The notes under the pieces: generated by a model
What the model saw: only the letters and a program-made list of their open reading frames with translations
Told to the model about the DNA's origin: nothing
Database searches by the model: none
NCBI GenBank assembly: GCA_963751455.1
Contig: CAVVUN010000008.1
Location: forward strand, 128,001-192,000
Direction of reading: 5' to 3'
DNA from: Nitrospirota bacterium
GTDB taxonomy: Bacteria > Nitrospirota > UBA9217
DNA: 64,000 bases
Program-made: the position numbers and the translations under genes
Part shown: piece by piece, positions 10,679 to 21,022 of the stretch
Position numbering within the stretch: position 1 is the first letter of the stretch
Layout of the letters: the number at the start of each line of letters is the position of its first letter

Positions 10679-10794
10679 TGCGAAGTCCCCTTTAAAAACG
10701 GGCACGCCGGATAAACGTAACGCTTTTTTCTACTAAAAGCGGCCTTGTCCCGTCGGGTGCTCAACGTTGGCAAAGGCAAGCCTTCCCTGAGCCG

Positions 10795-11358
10795 TCAATA
10801 CCGAAGCCAGCCCGGAGAGGCACCGGCCGTTCGGGCTTCATCGGGCAGATCGACTTCCAGTCGTTGTCGGGTCCGCTCGATATTCTTTTCGACCCGTTCC
10901 TTATTGGCACGATAAATCGCACAGTCCGGTTTTTTGCCGAGATAATTGTACGGCTTTTGTTCGCACTGGCGCTCCTGGGAGCGGAGCGTTTCGTAATCCT
11001 GCTGCAGATCTTCGATGCTTTCACGCAGCGATTCCGCCCGGTTTTGCCAGTACGCTTTGCCCCTGCCGTACTTGTCCGTATCCTCGGTTCCGGACTGTCC
11101 GTACTTAGCGGCTTTTTTCTTGTATTTTGGGGCAGAGGGCTGCTCCTCTTTTCGCACGTTCTGTACGGACTCGGCCGAGTCGTTATCCTCGATCTGACGA
11201 TCTTTCGCCTGGGTCTGGTATTCAGCGGGAACTTTTGAAATATCGTCCGCGATATGGGTGTTGCCCTCACGATCCGTCCAAGAAAAGATCCCGGCGAATG
11301 CGGCAGATATGGGCAGAAGAAACGAAATGACCCAAACGAGCGGCAGAGCTTTATGCAT
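10795..11358 (-). CDS. DUF4124 domain secreted protein
   Basis: Signal peptide, IFSWTDREGNTHIADD.SKVP, coiled coil, C-terminal EARTAGASPGWLR. Confidence 0.8.
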   Translation of the reverse strand: MHKALPLVWVISFLLPISAAFAGIFSWTDREGNTHIADDISKVPAEYQTQAKDRQIEDNDSAESVQNVRKEEQPSAPKYKKKAAKYGQSGTEDTDKYGRGKAYWQNRAESLRESIEDLQQDYETLRSQERQCEQKPYNYLGKKPDCAIYRANKERVEKNIERTRQRLEVDLPDEARTAGASPGWLRY

Positions 11359-11890
11359 GTAATGTTTTCTGGTAACGAAGCTTCTCATACATTCCGTAAA
11401 TTACGATGCAGGGAAGTTTGGTCCGACATGGTCTATTTAAGATATTTTAAAAAAAGATATAAATTAAAATCGGGCACGTCTTGGGACCCAATGCTTTAAA
11501 AAGCAGTTTAAGCTGACAAATGCAATCTTTTATGAATCAGGCTCCATTAACGCTTTTTGATTTTAAGGGGGAAATGACATAGGCTGAAGGCTATCATAAG
11601 TAGGGAGCGAGCTATCGTGATTGGTTATTTCATTATATTTAAAACTGCAATGTATTGTCAAGGAGATTGCCGAAAATTCTGGCAGTCCATTATACCGTGC
11701 ATAGCCCTTAGGCGGAACGTCCCATATTCCCTGCGTCAAGTATTTGTTCGTACAACGCTTCTGTGGAGCCCCTCTAGCATCCCGACTTGACGCCACTAAC
11801 AACGCGACATCCCGCAATCCAGCCCGGCTGAACAATTATTAAAGCACAGAAAGAAACAGCGTTTCGACAAAGAATATGACAAATAAACAG

Positions 11891-11930
11891 TTGACAATTG
11901 ATGCGAATTTTACTAAACTACGTTCAGTAA
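11891..11930 (+). promoter_or_regulatory. Sigma70 promoter with overlapping palindromic operator upstream of tetR
   Basis: TTGACA(11891)-N17-TAAACT; palindrome TTACTAAAC-N3-GTTCAGTAA at 11910-11930. Confidence 0.7.
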
Positions 11931-11995
11931 GTAAACATTGTAACTATACTAATGACGGTTTCGAATAGAGAGCAGGCTAGCGGGCAAGGAAAGCC

Positions 11996-12616
11996 ATGGG
12001 AATCAAGGACAGAAAAGAACGGCAGAAAGTGGAGATCAAACGGTTGATCCTCGATATGGCGAGAAAGCTTTTTCTCGAAGAGGGTTTTGACAAAATCACG
12101 ATCCGCCATATCGCCGAGAGGATAGAATACAGCCCCGCGACGATTTACCTGCACTTCAAGGACAAAGACGCAATCCTCTTTGAGCTCCATACGGAAGGCT
12201 TCAACGAGCTGTACAAGCGCCAGCAGCAGGTGATGAAAATCAAAGATCCCATGAGCCGGCTGCAGAAGCATGCCGAGGCGTATCTTCAATTTGCAATGGA
12301 AAACAAGGAATATTACGACCTGATGTTCATCATGAGATCTCCGGTCAAGTGTATTAAAGACGTACAGCATTGGGAGATCGGCATGCGTTCCTATGATTTG
12401 CTCAGACAGAACGTGAAGGACTGCATCGAGGCCGGCCGGATCCCGGCGAATGGCCTTGAATCGGCAGCCTTTTCATTTTGGTCGCTGATGCACGGCATGG
12501 CGGCGCTGATAATCAGAGAAAGATGCGTCATGTTTCCGGACGAGCTCATTCCCTCGATTATTAAGGGCTCAGCGGCTTATATGCTCAATGGCCTTTCAAT
12601 GACGCGCAAAAAGTAG
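11996..12616 (+). CDS. TetR/AcrR family transcriptional regulator
   Basis: HTH GFDKITIRHIAERIEYSPATIYLHFKDK; C-terminal FWSLMHG. Confidence 0.92.
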   Translation: MGIKDRKERQKVEIKRLILDMARKLFLEEGFDKITIRHIAERIEYSPATIYLHFKDKDAILFELHTEGFNELYKRQQQVMKIKDPMSRLQKHAEAYLQFAMENKEYYDLMFIMRSPVKCIKDVQHWEIGMRSYDLLRQNVKDCIEAGRIPANGLESAAFSFWSLMHGMAALIIRERCVMFPDELIPSIIKGSAAYMLNGLSMTRKK

Positions 12617-12623
12617 TTTTTTT

Positions 12624-12666
12624 TTGACATATTACTGAACACTGTTTAGTAAAATAACATTGTAAT
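12624..12666 (+). promoter_or_regulatory. Second copy of the putative TetR operator, with a -35 box
   Basis: TTGACA at 12624; TTACTGAAC-N3-GTTTAGTAA at 12632-12652; both copies are followed by AACATTGTAA. Confidence 0.65.
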
Positions 12667-12832
12667 GCATTAAGGAAAGGGATGCGCTCTTCGACATTAC
12701 GAATTCGTGTGGAAGTCATTAAGTGAAAGGAGAAATAAATATGAAATGATTTTCCTATGGCAAATGGTTTTTCAGCAGCCTGCGCGTGATTTAGACATAA
12801 GACATCATATCATCGTGAAAGGGGCAACGAAA

Positions 12833-13123
12833 ATGAGGAAGATTACAGTTATGGTTGCGACAATTTCGTTTGTTATTTGCTTAGGATTGGTCTTTACACA
12901 AGAAAGCAATGCTGCTTCGATGTATAACGGCATTACGTATTTTGACCTGGTTCCCGTTTCGACCTGTGGCAATGCGAAACAGGCATCAGGGGGTGCAGAA
13001 GCAACCTTGATTATGTTCAATGGCATCACCTCCTTTAGTCCAATCGCTCAGGGATCATGTGCCGGAAAAAAGGCAGAAGAAAGTCCCGGTTCAAAGCTGT
13101 ATAACGGCATCACGATATTTTAG
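12833..13123 (+). CDS. Small secreted protein with three (Y/F)NGITxF repeats
   Basis: Signal peptide ending ESNA; MYNGITYF, MFNGITSF, LYNGITIF; RBS AAGGGG. Confidence 0.7.
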   Translation: MRKITVMVATISFVICLGLVFTQESNAASMYNGITYFDLVPVSTCGNAKQASGGAEATLIMFNGITSFSPIAQGSCAGKKAEESPGSKLYNGITIF

Positions 13124-13293
13124 CGTTTGTCATCCTGAATTTAACAAAAACAGATTCTCTAAATCACAGGCAGGCTGCTGAAGAACCATTTTCCGGATAC
13201 GCTTCCAGACCATACGAGGAACAGGGACAGCTGTGCCGCCACGATCAGTTGTCCCGAAATGAACATTTTCATTGTTCGAAGATAGGAAGGTAC

Positions 13294-13779
13294 TTACGCT
13301 CCGCAGCACTTCTTGAATTTTTTTCCGCTGCCGCAGGAGCACGGGTCATTACGGCCGATTTTAGCGCTCGTAAGGGAAGTAATTTTCGGCATGTTCTTCC
13401 CGGTAGTGAAATACCAGACATTGTCTTTCTTCTTGAAAGAAGCGAGCTCATGGTGTTCCTGTTTCGTTCCGCTCTCGGTAAAGGACACGGTAAATTCGAC
13501 CTGAGCCTCCAGGTCATCAACCCCGCCCTTGACCGTTCTCAGGATCTGCATTCCGTGCCACTCGGAGTTTTGGGCCCATTCCCTGCTCTTTTTTTCGTCA
13601 TAGTCCGCCCGAAAGGACGGATGGAGAGACGTAAAAAGATGCTCCATCTCTATCTTCACATAAGCGCTGTAGCGTGAGCGCATAAGCTGCTCTGCTGTTG
13701 CAGCGTGCTTTTCGCCCTTAATAACAGGCTGGCAGCATGAACCATAAGCATCATTCGAACCACAGGGGCAAAGATCCAT
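13294..13779 (-). CDS. ychJ: YchJ family protein with N- and C-terminal SEC-C motifs
   Basis: CPCGS...[33 protein letters not shown]. Confidence 0.9.
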   Translation of the reverse strand: MDLCPCGSNDAYGSCCQPVIKGEKHAATAEQLMRSRYSAYVKIEMEHLFTSLHPSFRADYDEKKSREWAQNSEWHGMQILRTVKGGVDDLEAQVEFTVSFTESGTKQEHHELASFKKKDNVWYFTTGKNMPKITSLTSAKIGRNDPCSCGSGKKFKKCCGA

Positions 13780-14039
13780 ATGACAACTCCTTATGAAGAC
13801 TAAGTGAATGGCACTGATTATCACGCAAGGACCGGCAGGAGTCAATATTTTTGTTGTGAAAAATATGTGCATCAATTTACGATAACTGAGAATTCATACC
13901 ATAAGAGGTATTGCTATAGTTCAGTGTCCAAAAGTACAATTGCAATCCATACCATTAAGATGTTTAATTTACATTATCAAACGCGCAAAAGGCACAGAAA
14001 AGGAGGCCTTAAATGCCTTCCATGACAAAGGAGGTTAAA

Positions 14040-14912
14040 ATGACAATCTACAATACTGTCAAGGTCGACGGGCTCGATATATTTTACCGCGAGGCCGGGA
14101 GCAAGGATTACCCGTCAATACTGCTCCTGCACGGCTTTCCGACCTCGTCCCATATGTTCAGGAACCTGATTTCAATGCTTGAGAACGAATTTCATTTGGT
14201 GGCGCCGGACTATCCCGGATTCGGCAACAGCTCTATGCCTATTGTCGATGAGTTCGAGTACAGCTTCGATCACCTGGCGGAAGTGATGGATCACTTTTTA
14301 GACGTACTGAACCTTAAGAAATACAGCCTCTACGTCTTTGATTACGGAGCTCCCATAGGGTACCGCATCGCGTCCAAACACCCTGAACGGATTGAGGCCC
14401 TCATAGTTCAGAACGGCAACGCATACGAAGAGGGCTTGCGCGAGTTCTGGGTGCCGCTCAAGGCCTATTGGAAGGAGCGGAGTAAACAGAACGAGGAACC
14501 TCTCACAAAGTTTTTGACCATTGAATCCACAAAGTGGCAGTACACGAACGGCATGCGTGACGTTAAGAAAGTAGCCCCGGACAACTGGAACATGGACCAG
14601 TATTTCCTGGACAGAAAGGGCAACGACAAAATCCAGCTTGAGCTGTTCTACAGTTACGGCACCAACCCCCCGCTGTATCCGAAGTGGCAGGAGTACTTCC
14701 GAAAGCACCAGCCGCCTACACTTATCGCATGGGGGAAAAATGATTACATCTTTCCGAAGGAAGGGGCCGGACCTTACAAGCGTGACCTGAAAAATATCGA
14801 GCTCCACCTGCTCGACACGGGGCACTTTGCCCTTGAGGAAGACGGCTACGTTATTGCAAAGCACATACGCCGGTTCATGGCGGAGAAAATACTGAGGAAA
14901 GAAGCCGCGTAG
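14040..14912 (+). CDS. Alpha/beta fold hydrolase
   Basis: [18 protein letters not shown], nucleophile elbow FDYGAP, DTGHF. Confidence 0.92.
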   Translation: MTIYNTVKVDGLDIFYREAGSKDYPSILLLHGFPTSSHMFRNLISMLENEFHLVAPDYPGFGNSSMPIVDEFEYSFDHLAEVMDHFLDVLNLKKYSLYVFDYGAPIGYRIASKHPERIEALIVQNGNAYEEGLREFWVPLKAYWKERSKQNEEPLTKFLTIESTKWQYTNGMRDVKKVAPDNWNMDQYFLDRKGNDKIQLELFYSYGTNPPLYPKWQEYFRKHQPPTLIAWGKNDYIFPKEGAGPYKRDLKNIELHLLDTGHFALEEDGYVIAKHIRRFMAEKILRKEAA

Positions 14913-14921
14913 CCCGATGCG

Positions 14922-14958
14922 GGCGGGCCCGCCGCAATCCGGGCCCGCCCGGTATTTT
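14922..14958 (+). terminator. GC-rich hairpin terminator after the hydrolase gene
   Basis: GGGCGGGCCCG-loop-CGGGCCCGCCC followed by GGTATTTT. Confidence 0.55.
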
Positions 14959-15071
14959 AAAGAATCGTTCAGGTGGTTCGAGATCCTTTTCTTTTTTCTG
15001 CACCCCCATTCACATCGCCGCTCTCAAGGTTTGGCGTATTCCAAGATTTCACGATTAAATCCGGGCATTCC

Positions 15072-16577
15072 TCACTCTCTCCGCGGAGATGTCACGAAGG
15101 GAGTCTTATTCTGCCTGCACAGCAGCTGGATGAGCTGGCGGCCGGACATCGCCGCAAAGACTGTGCCGGTGAACGGTGCGGTCCACTGCCCTACCATGTA
15201 CAGACCTGATAGACCGGGCAGCGTCCGGAGCAAAGTCCGTTTCCTCATGTTGTCCGGCGTGATATACCAGCCGTCCGGCGAACCCTGCCAGTTGCCTGTG
15301 TAGCGGACATAGGTGGCAGGCGTCGGGACATCCACGACCTCGACCCGGGATGCGAACCCGGGCCAGCGCCTGTCCAGCGCGGCGATGGTCGCCTCGGCGA
15401 TTCGCTTCTTTTCCGCTTCATAGGCTGCACGGTCCCGTGCGAGCGTTTCCCAATAATCATAGCGTGTAGCGTACCATACCTCGACCGCCGACTTACCGGG
15501 AGGAGCCATGGACGGATCGAAGCAGTGATGGAGAAAGCACATCCACTTGTGTTCCTCGCCCGCAATAGTGATGGCCTTATCGAGTTCGAAGACAATGCGA
15601 TGGGGCTCTTTCGACATATCGCGTGCAACGCCAATGGCTACGTGCATCATCGGAAGCACAGGGGTCCAATCACTGTACATGTGTTTGATTTCCTCATTGA
15701 GGTAGCGGCCGCTGAGAATGTCGAAGATAAGCTTGTGGCCGTCGCCTGCCCATACAACGATGTCCGCGGGATGTTCAGTGCCGTCCTCGAGTCGAACACC
15801 GGTTGCCCGATCATTCCGTATGATCACATCCGTGGCCCGGCTCTTATAGTTAATCTCACCGCCGTGCTGCCTGTAGAGTTCGGCTATCCGGAAGACGACC
15901 TTCTGCGATCCTCCGAGGGGCACACCGGCTTCGTAAAAGGACTTCATGTAGCCCGCCATGGCAACCATGGGGTAGCGAAGCATCGGCCACCCGGGTGAGT
16001 CGACGAAGAACCTGACGGCGCTTCGGAGAAAAGGGTCCTTGAAGCGCTGCGCAAACTCCTGTATCGTCATCTGCCCATATCTTCTGAAAACCCCCATGAG
16101 CGGAAGAAGAGCAGCCGCCATTTTGATTTTGTCCATGAGGCTGAACATCTCCCAAGGCTTCAGTGACGCACCGGTGATAATGCTCTTTCCTGAGAGCACA
16201 CGGATGAACTCTTTTATCAGGTCAGCGTCAGCCGAAGACAAGGCCAGCATCTGGTCCTCCAGCCACGCGGGATCGGCACAAATGGTGAGGCTCTTTCCGA
16301 TGCTCTCGATGCGGGCGGTCTCGTCATGGTAGAAAAACTCGCGGCCTGTAAGCACGCCAAGTTCCTGCCACATTTGGTTAAATGGCCCGGACTTGCTGCC
16401 GACGAGCATGTGCATGCTGATGTCGAAGGTATATCCCTTCCGCTTCCAGGCAGTGCATAACCCCCCGGGAATGGTGTTCATCTCGAAGATGGTCGTCTTG
16501 TAGCCGTTCATGAGGGCATAACAGCCGGTCGAAAGTCCGGCAATGCCCGCACCGATGATCACCATTCTCTTTTCCAT
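15072..16577 (-). CDS. NAD(P)/FAD-dependent oxidoreductase (phytoene dehydrogenase-like)
   Basis: IIGAGIAGL, PGGLCTAWKRKGYTFD, TPATYVRYTGNWQGS, LYMVGQW. Confidence 0.9.
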   Translation of the reverse strand: MEKRMVIIGAGIAGLSTGCYALMNGYKTTIFEMNTIPGGLCTAWKRKGYTFDISMHMLVGSKSGPFNQMWQELGVLTGREFFYHDETARIESIGKSLTICADPAWLEDQMLALSSADADLIKEFIRVLSGKSIITGASLKPWEMFSLMDKIKMAAALLPLMGVFRRYGQMTIQEFAQRFKDPFLRSAVRFFVDSPGWPMLRYPMVAMAGYMKSFYEAGVPLGGSQKVVFRIAELYRQHGGEINYKSRATDVIIRNDRATGVRLEDGTEHPADIVVWAGDGHKLIFDILSGRYLNEEIKHMYSDWTPVLPMMHVAIGVARDMSKEPHRIVFELDKAITIAGEEHKWMCFLHHCFDPSMAPPGKSAVEVWYATRYDYWETLARDRAAYEAEKKRIAEATIAALDRRWPGFASRVEVVDVPTPATYVRYTGNWQGSPDGWYITPDNMRKRTLLRTLPGLSGLYMVGQWTAPFTGTVFAAMSGRQLIQLLCRQNKTPFVTSPRRE

Positions 16578-16784
16578 GTGCCCCCTCTCCCTTCGGATCT
16601 AGTGCCGCCTTAGACTTCAATATCTATAAATTTGTACGTTCGAAATCAAAGATATCTCCTTTTTGAACATTGTCAAAGCAGCCTTCGTTCTTTTTCTCAT
16701 ACTTTGCTCTTATTGACATTAGCCTAAAGTTCCGCTTTCTTTAAATTGTAGATTTATTGAATTGATTCTTAAAAGGAGAATACT

Positions 16785-17333
16785 ATGGCCAAGCAAAAAG
16801 CTAAGATGGACATGCAAGCGATGATGGAAGTGTACAAGAAGGTGGGAACACCGGGTGCGCCTCACAAGCTTCTCGCAAGCCTGGAAGGGTCCTGGACAAC
16901 CAAGTCAAGGGGATGGATGGAACCCGACAAGCCGCCCATGGAATCGACCGGGACGTGCGAACAGAAGCTCCTCCTCGGCGGACGTTACCTGCAGCAGACG
17001 TATACCGGCGATATGGGAGGGGAACCATACACCGGCATCAACCTCATTGGGTTTGACAACCATACCAAGAAGTTTGTGTCGGTCTGGGTCGATACCATGA
17101 GCACAGGCATCTATTACTTCGAGGGGACTGCAAGCAGGAATGGTAAAACCATCACGCAGGAAAACAGTTACGACGACCCTGTCAAAGGCCCGTGCGTCTG
17201 GCGCACTGTAACCAGGATCAAGGATGACAATACGGTGGAGTTTGAAATGTTTCTTACACCAAAGAGAGGCAAGGAACAGAAGATGATGGAGATGATCATT
17301 AAACGGAGTGAAGTAAGCGCCAAGGCTGCATGA
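16785..17333 (+). CDS. DUF1579 domain protein
   Basis: PGAPHKLL..LEGSW, LGGRYLQQ, GFDN..KKFVSVWVDTMSTG; RBS AAGGAG. Confidence 0.85.
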   Translation: MAKQKAKMDMQAMMEVYKKVGTPGAPHKLLASLEGSWTTKSRGWMEPDKPPMESTGTCEQKLLLGGRYLQQTYTGDMGGEPYTGINLIGFDNHTKKFVSVWVDTMSTGIYYFEGTASRNGKTITQENSYDDPVKGPCVWRTVTRIKDDNTVEFEMFLTPKRGKEQKMMEMIIKRSEVSAKAA

Positions 17334-17601
17334 AGTTCCTTCGGGGGAAAATAGGGCAACGTATGCGAAGCTTCCCGGCCGGCATTTCGGCCGGGTTGCT
17401 CTGCAACGGAAAAACCCGCCCGGGAAACAAGCACAACGCCAGCCAGATTAGATCACTCCCTTCGCATAGTTCTATGATTAAGCCGAAATATCAAGACTCT
17501 GTGAAGGTTTAAAAAAACAAAAGATCATGGCTTCCTCCGAATTCAGGATCCTTGATCTATTAATTCTTAATTTTGCCTTCTTAATTGATGTTTTGTGAAC
17601 G

Positions 17602-17985
17602 TTATTTTTTATCCAGGCTCCATTTGCCCCCGCCCCGGCAAGCGATGTAGAGGAAGACAAAACTGTAGAGAGCAGCTAATTCACCCTTGTTTATCGTTGG
17701 AAAGAACTGGGGCCCGAGTTGAAGTTTCCAGTGAAACTGGAAATAGGCCACGGCCATTTCACCGCTGCAGATGAGCGCGGCCCACCGCGTACCGTATCCC
17801 AGCATGATCGCGATCCCGCCGATAAGCTCGATCAAACCGCCGAACCAGAGCTGCGATCCCACTGCCGGTTGAAACTCGGAAAGGATTCCCAGGATCTTCT
17901 GGACGCCATGGAACGAGAACATGAATCCCGCCACGATGCGCATGAGCGCATATGCGTGGTCGGCAAACTTTGCCAAGTGTTTCAT
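17602..17985 (-). CDS. DoxX family membrane protein
   Basis: MRIVAGFMFSFHGVQK, GEMAVAYF, NKGELA, GGGKWSLD. Confidence 0.9.
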   Translation of the reverse strand: MKHLAKFADHAYALMRIVAGFMFSFHGVQKILGILSEFQPAVGSQLWFGGLIELIGGIAIMLGYGTRWAALICSGEMAVAYFQFHWKLQLGPQFFPTINKGELAALYSFVFLYIACRGGGKWSLDKK

Positions 17986-18167
17986 AAGCCCTCCTCTTGA
18001 TTTGGCTCAATCTCAGCGTGCATACGATGCAATTGCCAGGCATTGAGAAGCAGCCCTCCCGCTTTCTCATAGTTTAGCAGGAAAATAAGAAGGGGGTTTC
18101 GTGTACAATGAAGGTGTAATAGAGGATCAGGACCCTCCGCGACCCAAAGTGCTTTATGCCGTCTTTT

Positions 18168-19042
18168 TCAGCAGAGGATTTCACTCATCGTATCAGTCTT
18201 GTTCATGCTGTAAAAGTGAATATAGGGCGCGCCGTTTTTGATCAGGTCTTCGCACTGTCTTATCGCGAACTCAACGCCTAACGGCTCGACTGAGCTCGCC
18301 GAAGTCTTCCGCATTTCCTCGGGCAGGTCCTGCACCGGCTCCAGCCTGTCCAAAATTTCCCGCGGTATCGTGCTGCCGCACATGCCCGCGAACTGCTTTA
18401 TCTTCCCGCAGTCCGTGATCGGCATGATGCCGGGCAGGATCGGGACAGTAATGCCCAGTTTTGCGCACCGCTCCCTGAACTCATAGTAATATCGGTTGTC
18501 AAAGAACATTTGGGTAATTGCGAAATCCGCGCCTGAATCGATTTTTCGCTTTGTATATTCCATGTCCTTTTCGATATCAGGCGACTGGCGGTGGCCTTCC
18601 GGATATACACCCACGCGATGGAAAAAGTTCGGTATTCCCTGATGAACGCCACGAGATCGCCAGCATGGAGGAAGTCGCCCGCTGTCGCGTCGAAATCAGG
18701 AAGGTTCTTCGGCTGGTCGCCGCGAAGAGCGAGGATGTTGTCGATGCCTATTTTCTGAAGCGTGCGCAAATCCCACTCCATGGATTCCCTGGTTTCGCCG
18801 ATTCCGGTGAGATGGGACATCAGGGGGTGCCGGGTCTGTTCGCGCGGCAGTTTCAGCATCATGAACGTTCCCTCCCGCGTTGTGCCGCCTGCGCCATAGC
18901 TGACCGATACGTAGAGCGGATCAAAGACGGACAGGTCCGCTGCGAGCTTGATAATTGCGTCCCTGCCCTCGTCTGTTTTCGGCGGAAAGACCTCGAAAGA
19001 TGTGCCCCTGGGTCTTTTCTTCAAAATGTCGCTGATCTTCAT
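18168..19042 (-). pseudogene. metF: Methylenetetrahydrofolate reductase, frameshifted near 18614 and carrying a 24-nt insertion
   Basis: SFEVFPPKT, YGAGG, NILALRGD in one frame; GVYPEGH, AITQMFFDN, HFYSMN in another. Confidence 0.88.
18282..18305. repeat. 24-nt hairpin repeat CGGCTCGACTGAGCTCGCCGAAGT; other copies at 19118-19141 and (inverted variant) 25535-25559
   Basis: Direct comparison: 23/24 identity between the first two copies. Confidence 0.8.
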
Positions 19043-19264
19043 TTTTATGCTCCTATTTCAAGGATAGCATGGTTGCTTCGGGGGACTCGTACCCGAGACC
19101 CTGACCCCGGTCTCCCGCGGCTCGGCTGAGCTCGCCGAAGTCCTCCTGTCCCGTCTGCAACTTCAGAATGATTGACTTCCGGTCTTTGGTGTGCTCGAAT
19201 AAATATCAGATACTATAATTTCCAGTTTTCAATTCCGCTCTCAGCGGTTACGGAGGTGTTAGAC

Positions 19265-19696
19265 ATGTTGCCGAAAGACCAGCAATCGCGAATTGATGAT
19301 ATTGTAAAAGCTCTCAACCAGCACGACCCTCAAGCCTTCGCGGCCTTTTACGCACAAGACTGCACGGTCATCCTTCCCGAGCATGCGCAGCCGCTCAAAG
19401 GTCGCAATGCTGTCCGGAAGGACTTCGAGAAGACTTTGGCCCATTACCCGGATATGAAGTATACATTAAGGGGCTTCACAGCAGGCGGAGATACAATAGC
19501 CGTAGAATTTATTGCCAGAGGCACACACAAAGCCAATATGTCCGGGCCGTCCGGTGCCGACATGTCAAGGAAGCAGAACCTGGAGCTGCCGATAGCTTCT
19601 TTCCAGCGGATTAATGACGAGGGCCTTATCCTCGAAGATCGGCGCTATTATGATATGGCCCTGGTAATGCAGCAGCTCGGGCGAATGGCTGCGTAA
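19265..19696 (+). CDS. SnoaL-like / ester cyclase family (NTF2-fold) protein
   Basis: ALNQHD..AFAAFYAQD, KGRNAVR, YPDMKY, RGTH, RRYYD; RBS GGAGG. Confidence 0.85.
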   Translation: MLPKDQQSRIDDIVKALNQHDPQAFAAFYAQDCTVILPEHAQPLKGRNAVRKDFEKTLAHYPDMKYTLRGFTAGGDTIAVEFIARGTHKANMSGPSGADMSRKQNLELPIASFQRINDEGLILEDRRYYDMALVMQQLGRMAA

Positions 19697-19882
19697 GCAT
19701 TGGCGTTTATTATAATGATGGCGATTTTTCCCCGTTCTAGTAACTCTGAGTACTCTTGGCGAGAGCGATGGGCGCTCGGGCGCGAGAAACGTTCCGTTTC
19801 TCGTCACAAGATGGTTGTTTTCGCTTGAGTGCCCTTTTAATGTGTGACCCGAAGAGATTTCTGCGAACAGAGGCTTTTCATC

Positions 19883-20404
19883 ATGAAAAAAAACATAGCC
19901 AGGGCCATGTCAATCCTGGCGTTCGCTGGTTATATGATCGGGATATGCATCTCTGCGGGTGAAGCAGCGGCAACGCGCGGAACGACCCGGGATCTCGCTA
20001 CCCTGCAGATCTGTATTACCATGCTCAACGAAGACGGTCGCCTGCCCACGGAGGCTGGATTAGTCGTAAAAAAACGCCTCTCGGACAAGTACGATCTGAC
20101 CCTCGGCAAGATCGACTCTCTGCTCGGTCCTGACATGCAGTACGGAGATCTTGCTGCAGTCCTCGCATTCGCGAAGAAAATGTCCGGCGGAGTGAAGGAT
20201 GCGAACATCAACAAGGTTATCAATATGCGGCAAAGCGGGACCGGATGGGATCAGATCGCAGGCAATCTGCATCTCGACTTGTCCGGGATTGCGGGTTCTT
20301 TGAGCCGGTTTGAAGAGGGCACTCACTCCAGGATCAAACAAGCGCTTGTGGAATCAAGTTGGGCAGGCGCGGCAGCGGGCGGAACAGAGGCAAGCGGCCA
20401 ATAG
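19883..20404 (+). CDS. Secreted hypothetical protein
   Basis: Signal peptide; helical motif MRQSGTGWDQIA..L. Confidence 0.6.
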   Translation: MKKNIARAMSILAFAGYMIGICISAGEAAATRGTTRDLATLQICITMLNEDGRLPTEAGLVVKKRLSDKYDLTLGKIDSLLGPDMQYGDLAAVLAFAKKMSGGVKDANINKVINMRQSGTGWDQIAGNLHLDLSGIAGSLSRFEEGTHSRIKQALVESSWAGAAAGGTEASGQ

Positions 20405-20773
20405 AGTCAGCTATCGGCTCGTCGCTTCTGAAAAACACGGCATAAACGACAACGTACTGCTTGCCGGGGGCAGGCAGCAAAGGTGCGAAATGCAGGAATG
20501 CCAATTTTAGAGTCTGACCCGAAATCGGCCCCCCTGTCACAATTCCCCCCTTCCTGCGGCCTGACGTTATCTCTCGCGCTTAGCTATTCTGCTAACAGAC
20601 AGGTAAACGATCTTTCCGCGTAGATGCTGATTATCATGCTTTTTCCAGGTAATTTTCACATTTCTTATTCAGTGTGGTTATTTTACACTGTTAAATCCGT
20701 TAATTTACCCAATGGCTCACCTTCCCTTGAAAACAAGACTCAATAAGTCCTTGAAAAAGTTCTTTTCCCTTTT

Positions 20774-20789
20774 TGGCATATTCAATGCA
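20774..20789 (+). promoter_or_regulatory. Sigma54-type promoter
   Basis: TGGCATATTCAATGCA has GG-N10-GC spacing; AT-rich upstream region. Confidence 0.55.
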
Positions 20790-20822
20790 TTGTATTGAAG
20801 AAGAGAAAGGCGGTGGTACTCT

Positions 20823-20972
20823 ATGGATGCAAACGCTACAACCGCTATCGTGATCAACGAGGAGAAGGAGGAGTGTAGAAACATATTAAGTGAAAGTCTT
20901 CTCTACCTTGATACGTCGCTTCTTGCGAGAGAAAACTTCGTGCGGTATCTTGCCTCTATCGTTTTACGTTAG
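20823..20972 (+). CDS. Small hypothetical protein (49 aa, below the ORF-track cutoff)
   Basis: MDANATTAIVINEEKEECRNILSESLLYLDTSLLARENFVRYLASIVLR, directly after the sigma54-like promoter. Confidence 0.4.
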   Translation: MDANATTAIVINEEKEECRNILSESLLYLDTSLLARENFVRYLASIVLR

Positions 20973-21022
20973 AAACGAGGGGAAGATGCCTCCAGGTACA
21001 CAATACGAGAGAGGAGGCGCAT

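Noticed and set aside
19043-19170. SAM/SAH riboswitch upstream of metF
   Set aside because: No recognisable aptamer core; the hairpin there is the 24-nt dispersed repeat.
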